Position numbers and translations under genes: made by a program
Shown: positions 36,649 to 47,711 of the stretch, piece by piece
Numbering within the stretch: the stretch's first letter is position 1
Layout of the letters: the number at the start of each line of letters is the position of its first letter
UHGV virus genome: UHGV-1366919
Origin: a virus
Reading direction: 5' to 3' (one strand)
Length of the DNA: 64,000 nucleotides
Notes under the pieces: generated by a model
The model's input: the letters and a program-made list of their open reading frames with translations, nothing else
Databases searched by the model: none
Told to the model about the DNA's origin: nothing

Positions 36649-37014
36649 ATGAAACGAATTAATTTATCGTTATTCAATAATATTTTGAATATGTGCAAAG
36701 TCTTGCACTGGAGTACTCATTCCTATTCTAAGCACATGGCTTTGGACCAGGCTTATGATGCTTTTAAAGATTCTTTTGATGAATATGTAGAATGTGCCCT
36801 TGGAATTTATGGAAGGGAATCTGCGATTACTACAACCATTAATAACAAGATTGTTCCTGAAGATATTATGATTTCTTTTGTGGAAGATGAATTTGTAAAC
36901 TTTAATAATGAAGTTGCAAAGATTACCGGAGAATTTACGCAGCTTCAATCAATTTTTGATGATATTAAAGCTGCCGAATCCCAGCTTGTATATCGTTTAA
37001 GAATGGGCGCTTAA
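36649..37014 (+). CDS. hypothetical protein (121 aa)
   Basis: Plus-strand ORF followed by a strong terminator. Confidence 0.45.
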   Translation: MKRINLSLFNNILNMCKVLHWSTHSYSKHMALDQAYDAFKDSFDEYVECALGIYGRESAITTTINNKIVPEDIMISFVEDEFVNFNNEVAKITGEFTQLQSIFDDIKAAESQLVYRLRMGA

Positions 37015-37016
37015 AA

Positions 37017-37057
37017 TTAAAAAACTCACCAGATTAAGTTCTGGTGAGTTTTTTATT
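37017..37057 (+). terminator. Rho-independent terminator (10-bp stem aactcaccag/ctggtgagtt + TTTTATT)
   Basis: Perfect stem directly after the stop. Confidence 0.65.
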
Positions 37058-37516
37058 AAATCTTCATCATGATAATCGATTTGACATATTCAGAAGCTGC
37101 TTTAAGCTTATCTAATGCCATATCAATGTCAAACCGTTCTCCAATAACCATTTTGCTATTAGCTATCTTCGCCCCAATAACTCGAATAAGGCTTTCTATA
37201 TCTTTAGCAATATGCTTATATTCTTCCTTAGTAATTTCTTTTCTCATGGTAAAGTCTCTGAACTTAATAAGTTTTTAATTTAACCCAAGTTTTATTATCT
37301 TGAATATCTTGAATTGTTTGTTGCACTTCAGAAAAATCTTTTAGGGTTAAGGCAGCTCTGACATTGGTGCGAGGCATGGTTGCGAATAATCTATAGAATG
37401 AGCGATTATTAAACCTGTTTTTATAAGCATAAATGATTGCCGAAGTCTCATTTGTACATTCGGCTTTCCAGCAAATTGAGATATTGTAAAAAATATGAAG
37501 AAAGAAATTATCCATT

Positions 37517-38308
37517 TTAACTCAATGCGTCCAAATGAATTTTCTTCATCAGGGACTGAATATTTTTTACCCAGTAACGATTTCCGGCTGCATCCCAGCT
37601 TGGAGCATACCGTTTTTGAATTTTATTAATATCAATCAAACCCTTTTCATGATATTTCTCTCGAAGCAACTTACCCATATATATAAGGCACTCGTCCACA
37701 GATTCAAATGACCTGTAAGCATTTTTAGAGCCTTTAATACCGCCCAAATTATTCTTGCTTCTTGCTAATTTGCTTTTTCCATATCCAGATTCAAGAGCGA
37801 TAAGGGCACAAAAGAAATGAGGCGAAATAGAATTAGCTTCCGCAATCTGAACCATTAATTCTCCTTTGCCTTCAAGAACTCCTCCCTTAAACTTCTCATT
37901 GACGACATTTACATCAATCTTAGAAATGACTGAAGTGTCCTTGAGATCAGGAGCATCATCTTTAGTAATTTTGGACTCATATCTCTTAATTTCAGACTTA
38001 AGGACAGAAACTTCCGACTCTAAAGTAAGTAAGTCTTTTTGTTTAATTTCCAGCTCTTTTTTAGCTTTTGAGATTTTATTAATTTGTTTATCTCGTTGAG
38101 CAAGGGTAGATTTATTAGAAAGAAGAAGATTTTTAAGATTATTAATTTCTTTCTTATATTGTTCTTCTTTCGTTTTAAGTTCAAGTTTAGTTTCCAAAAC
38201 TTGAGCCTGAAGCGAACCTGTTGTTTGATTATGATAAGCAAATCCAGATACGATGGAAAAGCTGAGTATAAAGACAACAGCCGTCTTTTTTAATGATTGT
38301 GTAGTCAT
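37517..38308 (-). CDS. peptidoglycan hydrolase, glucosaminidase (FlgJ/LytD-like) domain, N-terminal TM + coiled coil
   Basis: ALIALESGYGKS...NNLGGIK matches the LESGWG...NN.FGIK glucosaminidase signature. Confidence 0.6.
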   Translation of the reverse strand: MTTQSLKKTAVVFILSFSIVSGFAYHNQTTGSLQAQVLETKLELKTKEEQYKKEINNLKNLLLSNKSTLAQRDKQINKISKAKKELEIKQKDLLTLESEVSVLKSEIKRYESKITKDDAPDLKDTSVISKIDVNVVNEKFKGGVLEGKGELMVQIAEANSISPHFFCALIALESGYGKSKLARSKNNLGGIKGSKNAYRSFESVDECLIYMGKLLREKYHEKGLIDINKIQKRYAPSWDAAGNRYWVKNIQSLMKKIHLDALS

Positions 38309-38385
38309 AATACGATTGTCCAGAAGCTATACGATAGCAAACTGGATAATATGAGGATAAATGACCGAATCCTCAAAGGTTTTTA

Positions 38386-38643
38386 CTATTTATCTGAATT
38401 CAAAATAAGCACAATATTACCATGTGAATCAATCAAATAAATCTTTTTAATATCATTGTTATAGATTTGATTTTTAAACTCAATAAGAGGAATTAAACCA
38501 AAAACATTTTCCAAAATATTAAAGCATTCGGCATCTGACATTGTACCCAGACATTCCCAACTATAAGTTTCACTACACCGGCGGTGAAGGAAATTTCTAA
38601 TTTGATTGATATGTTTTTTTGAAGTAAAATAACGATAATCCAT
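38386..38643 (-). CDS. hypothetical protein (85 aa)
   Basis: ORF. Confidence 0.4.
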   Translation of the reverse strand: MDYRYFTSKKHINQIRNFLHRRCSETYSWECLGTMSDAECFNILENVFGLIPLIEFKNQIYNNDIKKIYLIDSHGNIVLILNSDK

Positions 38644-38665
38644 ATTTATATTATAAAAATAGCCT

Positions 38666-39784
38666 TTATATTTGTAAGTGCTTAGAAATTAAATCTTTAA
38701 TTTGTTGATTGTTCTTTTTCCAATCATTTTCCCAAACTTCAATTAATTTGATACCATTTTCTTTACAAGCTTTTCGTTTATTCTTGTGATAACCTGGTTC
38801 TTTCTCTTCGTGAAATTGATGCCAATATTCACCATTATATTCAAAAGCTAATTTAAGTTCGGGAAGATAAATGTCCAATTCTTTTCCGCCAATAAATTTT
38901 CGAGTATTTTCTAAAATCTTGCCAGAATAAAGAGATTTAATATATTGGCAAAGCTCTTTTTCACCCTTAGAACGTTGTATCGCAATGGCACAATTAGGGC
39001 AACCTCTTCCGCTTAAATGAGCATAAGGAGCTTGTTTAAAAATATAATTACATTTATTACATTTAATTATAATTTTCTTATGAGAATGATTATAAGCAGA
39101 TAACGAATAATCATACCTATCTTTATCATGTACTTTTTCAGCTTTTTTAATAAAAGCTTGTAAAGTAGATATACGATTTAAATTTCGACATTTAATGCAT
39201 CCAACACCTTTAAGATGCTGTTTAGGTGTTTGTTTAAAAATATGGCCGCACTTATTACATTTAATAGTAACTTTTATAAGATAACCCTTATAAAGGGTTG
39301 AAGAATAATCAAATCGATTTTTTCCATGAATTTCTTCTGCCTTTTTAATAAATTCATCTATTGATAAATGCTGACGTTCCTTTCCACATTCTGGACAACC
39401 TGCACCGTTTAAATGATTTCCAGCTTTTTGCTCAAATATACTATCATGATAAAGACATTTGATTTTAACATTAGTATCATTATTAATATAGTTGACAAAA
39501 GAATAATCATAAATTCCTTTGCCATGAACAGATTCAGCTTTTTGTATAAATTCTTGAAGAGTTAATCTCGATTTTTCTGCATTTTTTGTTACTGCACATT
39601 TTGGACAGCCATGTCCATACCAATGCATATATGCAGCTTGTTCAAAGGTATGACCACATTTATTACATTTTATTATAAGCTTGGCTTTAGAACCCTGGTA
39701 AACTGATAGAGAATAGTCATACCTATCAGGACCATGCTTTTTTATGGCTTTTTCAATAAACTTTTCAGTTGTAAACTTTACCAT
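38666..39784 (-). mobile_element. homing-endonuclease-like gene: tandem zinc-ribbon repeats + C-terminal Vsr/DUF559-like PD-(D/E)XK nuclease (paralog 1 of 3)
   Basis: Five repeats of HG.xYDYS..Y.......I.C..HG.F.Q.P..HL.G.GCP.C. C-terminus GEKELCQYIKSLY...ELDIYLPELKLAFEYNGEYWH. Confidence 0.55.
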
Positions 39785-39841
39785 AAATAAAAAATCGCAT
39801 ATATGCCATTATTTGACATATATGCGATTTTTGCTTAAAAA

Positions 39842-41002
39842 TTAAAGAGTCACAATAAACCGGCTAATTGAGCCTGGAGCCGTAGACACCGAATATCCCA
39901 AACGTAGGACCAAAGCCAGCATGGCAGCTCGAGAGATCTTATTCTTTCGACCAACACTGCCGCAAAGCTGGGCAATATTAGTTCCTTGAATTATAGTGGG
40001 TCCTCCCAGAAAAACTGGAGACAGAGTACCGTCTTCCCTGTTAACGGAATGATTCTGAATATTTCGTTCAATAGCTTCCCGAGTCTTGGAAATGTTGGCA
40101 GGACTGCACATTTCATCAATTATTCCTTGATTAGAAGCTTCAACATTAACCGGAGTACGATCCTTGGAACATTCCTTAACGTCAATGCCCTCAACCTCTA
40201 CATCAGGAGAAGTATAAGCTTCCTTAATTTCATTAAGGACTTTATATTTGCTTACCCGGCACTTTTGACATTCACAATCAGTAGGAACTGAAACAACATC
40301 TTGAGGATTAACTTCTACAGCAACTACGCGCCTTCCAAAACCCTTAGCATAATCATAAGATCCAACATGCAATCCGGCACTACACCAGTTATTTCGATTT
40401 GCATCAACATCTGCAACTACTACTTCAATGACATCGCCGGGATTATTTCGAATTTGGTAATGCCCGTTTACTTTACCTTGAAGCACTCTGGTTTCGGCAT
40501 TACCATGAAGCGAATACATATCTTCTCCAACACCCTTATAGGCAATAAAGGTACCTTCGGAAGTAATAGGCAATTCCTGATAAGAAAGGAAGTCATAAAG
40601 CTCTTCTCTAGAAGTTTCGGAAGGATTAGCCATCAAGTTATCAATAAACTTAAAGTAATGGGTAAAATCAGTACAACCAGACTTCCAAAGAGAAATAAGC
40701 TTTTTTTGAAGACATTTGGGAAGAATCTGAGTCTTATAAGAAGCAATAGTAGTAATTACACCATTTTCATCTCGTTCAACAAATTGGAGATTATCGTAAT
40801 CTTTAATTGTTTCAGAAACGGAATTAATGATATAAGAAGTGGTATTTTCCTTAAGAAGCCTGAGAAGAGTTTTTTCATCATTGGCCATTACCGCATCGAC
40901 AATATCAGTATAGCGAACATCATCGGGAGTAATCTTAACTGCTCGACCATCAACAAAGAAGGTCCAGCCTGAGGCATTCATAATATATGGAATAGAATTC
41001 AT
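39842..41002 (-). CDS. rIIB: rIIB-like protein
   Basis: CSAGLHVGSYDYAKGFGRRVVAVEVNPQDVVSVPTD parallels T4 rIIB CSHGLHVCSKSYIRHFGSSTDRVVKVKVHPRDVVSIPTD. It lies immediately downstream of the rIIA-like gene. Confidence 0.75.
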   Translation of the reverse strand: MNSIPYIMNASGWTFFVDGRAVKITPDDVRYTDIVDAVMANDEKTLLRLLKENTTSYIINSVSETIKDYDNLQFVERDENGVITTIASYKTQILPKCLQKKLISLWKSGCTDFTHYFKFIDNLMANPSETSREELYDFLSYQELPITSEGTFIAYKGVGEDMYSLHGNAETRVLQGKVNGHYQIRNNPGDVIEVVVADVDANRNNWCSAGLHVGSYDYAKGFGRRVVAVEVNPQDVVSVPTDCECQKCRVSKYKVLNEIKEAYTSPDVEVEGIDVKECSKDRTPVNVEASNQGIIDEMCSPANISKTREAIERNIQNHSVNREDGTLSPVFLGGPTIIQGTNIAQLCGSVGRKNKISRAAMLALVLRLGYSVSTAPGSISRFIVTL

Positions 41003-41013
41003 ATTTTGTTTAA

Positions 41014-43371
41014 TTAATATAGTTTATAGTTGAGTTTTTTGAGAATTCGCTTAAAGGTTAATTTAACTTTATCTTTTGTTTGAAATCCTGCACCATTTAA
41101 AACCGCTTGTATTTTTTCTTTTACAGAAGAAGTCATAATATTGGTTGAAATATTATCCAAACAAACTGATGACATAGTATAAAAGAAATTCAATATTTCT
41201 TTATCTGAAAGCTTTTTAATTTCAGCATCAAACTCTCTTTGAATATTATAACATTGATTTGCTAAAATTGAAAGATCAAATATATCCATTATGAATCGGT
41301 TAAATCCTCCTCTATAAAGATTAATTTCATATCTTGTAGAGATAACCGGATAATCAGGAGTCGATGCAGAAATTTTTGGAGCTGTATATCCTGTTACAGA
41401 TTTAAAATCAATATCATAAATCCTGCAGATATTAATGATTTGATCTGGAAGATAAACGAGTTTATGCTTTTTACAATATTCAATATAGGTTTCTTTCCAT
41501 TTAATTTCCATAGCTGAAATGCACCCGAGAGAAACAAATTTATCGTAATGGTTTTTATAAAGCTTTGCTATTCGTTTAATGCCAAAATCTGTACAAAGAT
41601 GAGACTGATAAAGCTGCGTCGGACTATTATAATTAACGAAATTTGTACAAAAGGCCAGATAAGAATTAAGGTAGTTATCATTATTCATGAGCATTGAAGG
41701 ATAAAATACTAACGTATTTTTGTATTCTTTCTCATCAATAATTTCACCGGTATAATAATCCCGGAGAACTACCGCTTCACCATCTGAAGACTTTATTCTT
41801 TTAGGCCTGACATATGTTGAATGCTTAACAATATCAGAATAATTAAACCAATCGATATTTTGCCTAAAGCACGGCTTGTCGTTAAAAGTAAAGGCCGTCC
41901 TTAAATTAAGGAAATTTGCTTTTTCTTCTTCATCTTTAACAAAACAAAAAATATGAGTTCTTCGAAGATCAAAGACTTCTGCTCGATAATCATTCCCCCT
42001 AAGGTGAACAAGATAATTATAAAGGGCATTAATTATTTCACCATAAGGAAGCTTGATAGGATCTTTATCTTGAACGATAAAGATTATTTCACCGTCAAAC
42101 TTCTTAATTGTCGGATTTGAATAAAGGCTTTTCGTTTTAAGATTAATATTAGTAATATTGCCTGAACCTACATAATAATTTTTTGCAACTGAGCAAACAG
42201 TATTCAAATAGCAATCCGGCCATTTAATAATTGAACTATTTCGATAAAATAAAGTACTTTTTGAGTTAGCTTTATTGATAATATCTGAACAAAGTAAATC
42301 ACTGTCAATAAGTTTATCGACATAATCATTAATAGTCTTTTCATAATTTTTATTAATGATTTTAAATTTACCCTTAATCCAATCATTTGTGAAATTGTTT
42401 ATTTCAATCGATTCTCTGGTGGGAGAAATCGGAATTTCACCGCGTTTAAAAAATAAAAGAACGGTACAAGCATTTTTAATGATATTATATTCATTAAAGA
42501 TTTCATTAGGAATATCAATCTTGTAAATGTTATCTCCATCATAAGCATAATAATTACAGCTCTTAAAAAATGAAGAATAAAAAGTATTAGAAGACCAGTT
42601 ATTCGGAATCAGCAAAACTGTATCTTTAATATAAAGAACTCGGGATTTGTCAAGAAATTCTTTATCTCGATACTTTGCAAATCTTGGGGTTTTTTCGTAA
42701 GGGACATAATTTTCCCATTTATCCTCCGGTACGTCTTCAATGTCTATTTTTTCCGGATAACTCCTAAGTTCAATGACAGGTTCATCACTATTGAAGCCAA
42801 AAGTAATATACGCATCCTTGATTAAATCAAGGAACTTGTAATAATCATCAGAATTATTAAGAGGAATCTTTACCTCAATACCCGTATCATTCAAATCACA
42901 GGGTTCAGAATGAATCAAAGAAGCAATAGAATCATTACCATCAATGCTTGAAGAAAATGTATATTTTGTTCCTTCAAATCGAGAAATTACCAAATAAAGG
43001 CCTGTATATGCCGCAGGAGCCTTAGACCCGATTCCAAATCCTCCAATGGATGTATTTTCTTGATTCTTGGTAGATTCAAAATATTGAAAGAAAACTTGAA
43101 AAGTATCTTCTTTGCTAAGACCCCTGGCAAAATCACGAATAGAAAGTTCATTTTTTGTAAGATGAATAGAAACAGGCATTTTAATGCCATATTTTACATG
43201 TTCATCCAAAGCATTGCTTAACGTTTCAAAAAGTGTTGCCTTAAATTTGTCTGAATAGATCCTATCGCGCAAAATAGAAATTGCCATTCCTACGCGCTCG
43301 GCCGAGATAGACTGTTTGACCTGTTCGGCTATACCTCCGCAAATACTTTTATTCTCTTCAAAAACCTTCAT
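41014..43371 (-). CDS. rIIA: rIIA-like protein with N-terminal GHKL (Bergerat-fold) ATPase domain
   Basis: N-box ETLSNALDEH, G1 IRDFARGL, G2 GGFGIGSK. 785 aa, followed by rIIB as in T4. Confidence 0.7.
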   Translation of the reverse strand: MKVFEENKSICGGIAEQVKQSISAERVGMAISILRDRIYSDKFKATLFETLSNALDEHVKYGIKMPVSIHLTKNELSIRDFARGLSKEDTFQVFFQYFESTKNQENTSIGGFGIGSKAPAAYTGLYLVISRFEGTKYTFSSSIDGNDSIASLIHSEPCDLNDTGIEVKIPLNNSDDYYKFLDLIKDAYITFGFNSDEPVIELRSYPEKIDIEDVPEDKWENYVPYEKTPRFAKYRDKEFLDKSRVLYIKDTVLLIPNNWSSNTFYSSFFKSCNYYAYDGDNIYKIDIPNEIFNEYNIIKNACTVLLFFKRGEIPISPTRESIEINNFTNDWIKGKFKIINKNYEKTINDYVDKLIDSDLLCSDIINKANSKSTLFYRNSSIIKWPDCYLNTVCSVAKNYYVGSGNITNINLKTKSLYSNPTIKKFDGEIIFIVQDKDPIKLPYGEIINALYNYLVHLRGNDYRAEVFDLRRTHIFCFVKDEEEKANFLNLRTAFTFNDKPCFRQNIDWFNYSDIVKHSTYVRPKRIKSSDGEAVVLRDYYTGEIIDEKEYKNTLVFYPSMLMNNDNYLNSYLAFCTNFVNYNSPTQLYQSHLCTDFGIKRIAKLYKNHYDKFVSLGCISAMEIKWKETYIEYCKKHKLVYLPDQIINICRIYDIDFKSVTGYTAPKISASTPDYPVISTRYEINLYRGGFNRFIMDIFDLSILANQCYNIQREFDAEIKKLSDKEILNFFYTMSSVCLDNISTNIMTSSVKEKIQAVLNGAGFQTKDKVKLTFKRILKKLNYKLY

Positions 43372-43395
43372 GCTTAAATTACAATAACAAAATTA

Positions 43396-44301
43396 CTATA
43401 ATTTTTCTCTAATTTTCTGGAGGTGTTCAGATATTTCTTTTTTAATGGTTTCTGCATTAGTTTTCCATTGGCTGTCCCAAACTTCAATTAAAGTGATTCC
43501 GGCATCTTTACAAAGTTGCCTTTTATTTTCATGATAGCCAGGTTCTTTTTCTTCATGTATTTTATGCCAGTATTCGCCATTATATTCAAGGGCAAGTTTT
43601 AATTCAGGAAGATAAATATCCAATTCTTTTCGACCAATAAATTTTCTTGTATTTTCGAGAATTTCTCCAGGATAAATTGATTTGATAAAATCGCATAACT
43701 CCTTTTCACCCTTAGATTTCTTTTCATGAAGGGCACATTTTAAACATCCCCGCCCAGTTAAGTGATTATACGCCATTTGAGCAAATTTACCATGGACAGG
43801 ACAAATAATAATCACATTTGTTTCTGCATTAATATAAATTGTTTTCGAATAATCGAATTTATGTCCATGCACTTTTTGAGCACGGTTAATAAATTCTTTT
43901 GTGGTTAAACGCTCCAATCCTACGCAACTTTTGCATCCATGCCCCCTTAAATGATTGATGGGATATTGCTGAAAAGGTCCATGAACAGGGCAAATAATAG
44001 GTACTTTTGCATGATTATTTTTATAGTTTACTTTAGAATAATCATATTTGTTCCCATGAACCTCTCTTGCTTTCTTTATAAACTTCTCAGTCGTTAAAGA
44101 TTTTGCATCAACTGCACATTTAAAACATCCCTGACCTCGTAAATGGGCTCCGGCTCTTTGTTGGAAAGGTCCATGAACCGGGCAAATAACAGTTATAGAA
44201 CTATAAGCATTTTTATAATTTACTTCAGAATAATCAAAAAAGTCTCCATGTATTTTTCTAGCCCTGTCAATAAAAATTTCAGTGGTTATTCTGTTGGGCA
44301 T
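43396..44301 (-). mobile_element. homing-endonuclease-like gene, paralog 2 (zinc-ribbon repeats + Vsr-like nuclease)
   Basis: Repeats CPVHGPFQQ..HLRGHGC..C x4. C-terminus GEKELCDFIKSIYPGEILENTRKFIGRKELDIYLPELKLALEYNGEYWH. Confidence 0.55.
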
Positions 44302-44376
44302 AATAGTTTTTATTCAAAAATAAAAAATCCTCAGATCAATTAAGACCTGAGGATTTTCGGTTATCATGATTACAAA

Positions 44377-45981
44377 TCACTTTTCAGATTGTTCATCAAC
44401 CAAAAATGTTTCTGTTGTTAGAATCAAACCTGCCGATGCAGCGGCGTTTTCAATTGCGCAACGACATACACTAAATGGATCAATAATTCCCGCTTCTAAC
44501 ATGTCTACTAACTTTTGCGTCTTAATATCAAACCCAATACTGCCTTTAGCTTTTGCGACCTTTTCGATGATAACATCCGGCCGTTCAACTCCGGCATTCT
44601 CAAGAAGAGTCTTAAGAGGAATGTCAAGAACCTTTCGCATCAGGTTAATACCAGCATTAAAAGATTCATCCCCTGTTTCAAACTTAATAGACTTATTCTC
44701 TTTAATCTTAGCAAGAACAGATCCTCCCCCTGGAATAACTCCGGATCGTAAAGCTGCTTGACAGGCACATACCGCATCATCTACCCGGTCCTTAATTTCA
44801 TTTAATTCAGATTCAGAATTACCTCCGATATTAAGAACACATACTCCTTGGGCAAGCTTGGCAATTCGCTTATTAAGCACATCTTCTTCCCATGTGCCGG
44901 GACTGCAATTATCTCGTTCCTCCTTAAGCAAATCAATATGTTCTTTAAGCCTTTGAGGATTTCCTCCGCCTTTTAAGAAAGTTGTATATCGTTTATCACA
45001 AACAATCTTTTCACAGGTGGCAAAATCTTCCTCTCTAATAGAATTAAAATCACGTGAAAGAAGTTCAGTAAAATATGTACCTCCTAAAGTAATTTCAAGA
45101 TCTTCCATTTCCCTCTTCATGCCGTCTCCATATCCTGGACACTTAATGGCACAAATGTTAATAATGCCTTTAATCTTATTAATGACAAGAGTTTGAAGAA
45201 CTTCGGATTCAATATCCGGAGCGATAATAAACAAAGGCCTTCCGCGAAGTTCTTTAGTATTAAAGACTTTCTGAAGAATAGGCATAATTTGCTGATTATT
45301 TGTCAATTTAATTCCAGATAAAAGAATTAAGGGATTTTCAAGAATACATTCTTGTTTAGTCGTATTATTGACAAAATAAGAACTCATCCAGCCTCGAGGA
45401 ACTCGTAAACCTGCAATAAACTGAGAAGAAGATTCATTGCTCCTGCTGTCATTAATAGTAATGGAACCATCCAAACCTACTTTTTCAACAGCTTCAGAAA
45501 CAAGATGTGCAATTTCTTTATCCCAGTTGGTAGAAACTAAAGCAATTTGGTGAATCTGTTCTGGAGAACATTCCTGCTTAATATTTTCTTTAATATAGTT
45601 GGCAATTGTCTTTGCCGCTGAAATAACTCCGCGTTGAATTGAAATCGGATTATAACCTGTTTCAATCAGCTTCATGCCTTCAGATGCAATAGCCTCAGTG
45701 AGGATTGCGCTGGTACTGGTCCCATCACCAGCCTGGTGCGCTGATTGCTCGGATGCTTGACGAATAATATCTGCACCCATTTTTTCAAGTACATCAGGCG
45801 GATTTACATGGCGAGCTACTGTAACGCCGTCTTTTGTAATATATGTCGCATTACCCATTCGATATATTACATTTCTACCGCCAGGCCCGAGCGTCGAAGA
45901 AACTGCATTAGCAAGTTTCTTTACACCATTAAGCAGTTTCTTCCTGCCTTCATTTCCCATATAAATGTTTTGTTGAATCAT
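44377..45981 (-). CDS. groEL: chaperonin GroEL (Hsp60)
   Basis: LGPGGRNV, ITKDGVTVAR, AGDGTSTSAIL and the overall length (534 aa) are diagnostic. The C-terminal GGM repeat is absent. Confidence 0.9.
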   Translation of the reverse strand: MIQQNIYMGNEGRKKLLNGVKKLANAVSSTLGPGGRNVIYRMGNATYITKDGVTVARHVNPPDVLEKMGADIIRQASEQSAHQAGDGTSTSAILTEAIASEGMKLIETGYNPISIQRGVISAAKTIANYIKENIKQECSPEQIHQIALVSTNWDKEIAHLVSEAVEKVGLDGSITINDSRSNESSSQFIAGLRVPRGWMSSYFVNNTTKQECILENPLILLSGIKLTNNQQIMPILQKVFNTKELRGRPLFIIAPDIESEVLQTLVINKIKGIINICAIKCPGYGDGMKREMEDLEITLGGTYFTELLSRDFNSIREEDFATCEKIVCDKRYTTFLKGGGNPQRLKEHIDLLKEERDNCSPGTWEEDVLNKRIAKLAQGVCVLNIGGNSESELNEIKDRVDDAVCACQAALRSGVIPGGGSVLAKIKENKSIKFETGDESFNAGINLMRKVLDIPLKTLLENAGVERPDVIIEKVAKAKGSIGFDIKTQKLVDMLEAGIIDPFSVCRCAIENAAASAGLILTTETFLVDEQSEK

Positions 45982-47069
45982 GATTTACAATTATTATAGC
46001 ATGTTTCTTTGATAAACTTTTTTAATTTTTCCTTATTCTTTCGCCACTGAGTATCTAAAATTTCTATTAATTTTATACCTTTTTTCTCACAATCTTTTTT
46101 CTTTTGAACATGATAGCCTGGATATTTTTCTTCCTTTAACTTATGATGGTAATCACCGTTGTATTCAAAGGCTAGATTTAATTCAGGAAGATAAACATCA
46201 AGTTCTTTTTTTCCAATAATATCTCTTGGGTTTTCTTGAACCTCGCCTGGATAAATTGATTTAATATATTGACAAAGTTCTATTTCACCTTTAGATCTTT
46301 TTGATGCCGCTAAGCATTTAGGGCAACCGCTTCCGCGTAGATGCGTATTGGGCAACTGTAAAAATGGGCCATGTTTTTTACAAGTTATAATAATTTTTGT
46401 TTTTGCATTTTTATAAGCTACCAAAGAATAATCATACTTGTCTCCGTGAGTAGCTCTAGCTTTTTCTATAAATGCTTCAATAGTTCTCTTATTATTTCCG
46501 GCACAAAATGGGCAGCCGGAGCCTGAAAAATGCTTATCAGGGCGTTGTTCAAAAACTCCATGTATGGGACATATAATTTTTACTTTTGTTCTTTTATTTT
46601 TATAAATTACTAAAGAATAATCATATTTGGTTCCATGAACTTCAATAAATCTTTTTCTAATCTCTTCCTCAGTTAAAAACTGATTTTTAATTGCACATTT
46701 TTTACATCCTTTTCCTATTAAATGGCTTGATGGATCTTGCTTAAGAGTACAACCACATTTATTACATTTTATGATTACCTCGGTTGTTGAATTTATATAA
46801 TCAACTAAAGAATAATCATATCGGCCTTTCCCATGAATTTCTTCAGCTTTTTCTATAAATTCTTCTGTAGTCCTGTTAAATCCTTTACATTTAGGACAAC
46901 CATGGCCCATTAAATGAATGTTGGGAATTTGCTCAAAGTAGCCATGTATGGGACAAAATATTTTAATTAATGTTTTTGTGTTAAAATATACAACTTCAGA
47001 ATAACCATACTTATTGCCATGTATTTCAATAGCTTTTTTAATAAACTCTTTAGTTGTTAATCTTTTCAC
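45978..47069 (-). mobile_element. homing-endonuclease-like gene, paralog 3 (zinc-ribbon repeats + Vsr-like nuclease)
   Basis: Same repeat architecture. C-terminus GEIELCQYIKSIYPGEVQENPRDIIGKKELDVYLPELNLAFEYNGDYHH. 4-nt overlap with groEL. Confidence 0.55.
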
Positions 47070-47228
47070 GATTTTTAATCATTATAGCACGAATTAATAA
47101 ATTTCTGCCCGCAATTTGAATCTAAATCTTCGAAAGATATGGAATTACCGCAAGGAAGATGCTTATATTGAACAGGAAAATATCCTTTCTGGCAGCAGCA
47201 AGAAGACAGAAGAAATATTACTAATAAT

Positions 47229-47651
47229 TTAACCCCAAGTGAATAATCCATAACCCCAGAACCGGCTTATATTAGGAAGAGGATTTGGTGTTTCTTCAAG
47301 GAAAATAGTCTGACCGGGATGCCGCTTTTCATATACTTGCTTTACAAGGAAAATAATAAGAGGTATAAAAAAGTCCAATATAAAATGAACGTTATCTGTC
47401 TGTCCCTGTAAAATATTTTCTATGAGGTCAAATTTATTTTCTTTGAGATAATCAATTAGTTCAGGCGGAAGAATATCATCTTCACCGGCGGCAAAAATAT
47501 TATCGTCAAAATCAAATCCTAGTTCAGATTTAATGCCATCTAAACATTCTTCAAATTCTTCTTTAGTAAGATCAGTCTTTAACCATACTATATCTCTTTC
47601 ATCATGTCCGTCTCCAGACAAATCGCCATATTCAAAACTAAAAATATTCAT
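47229..47651 (-). CDS. hypothetical acidic protein (140 aa)
   Basis: ORF. Confidence 0.45.
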   Translation of the reverse strand: MNIFSFEYGDLSGDGHDERDIVWLKTDLTKEEFEECLDGIKSELGFDFDDNIFAAGEDDILPPELIDYLKENKFDLIENILQGQTDNVHFILDFFIPLIIFLVKQVYEKRHPGQTIFLEETPNPLPNISRFWGYGLFTWG

Positions 47652-47711
47652 ATCAATATAAATGGAAATTCCGCCTAATATTAAATTAGGCGGAATTTCT
47701 TTATTTGTTAA

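Noticed and set aside
40301-40972. 223-aa plus-strand ORF, and similar plus-strand ORFs 11968..12504 and 44366..44761
   Set aside because: They lie entirely inside well-supported minus-strand genes (rIIB, the Ro60-like gene, groEL). They have low-complexity translations and are typical antisense artefacts in AT-rich DNA.
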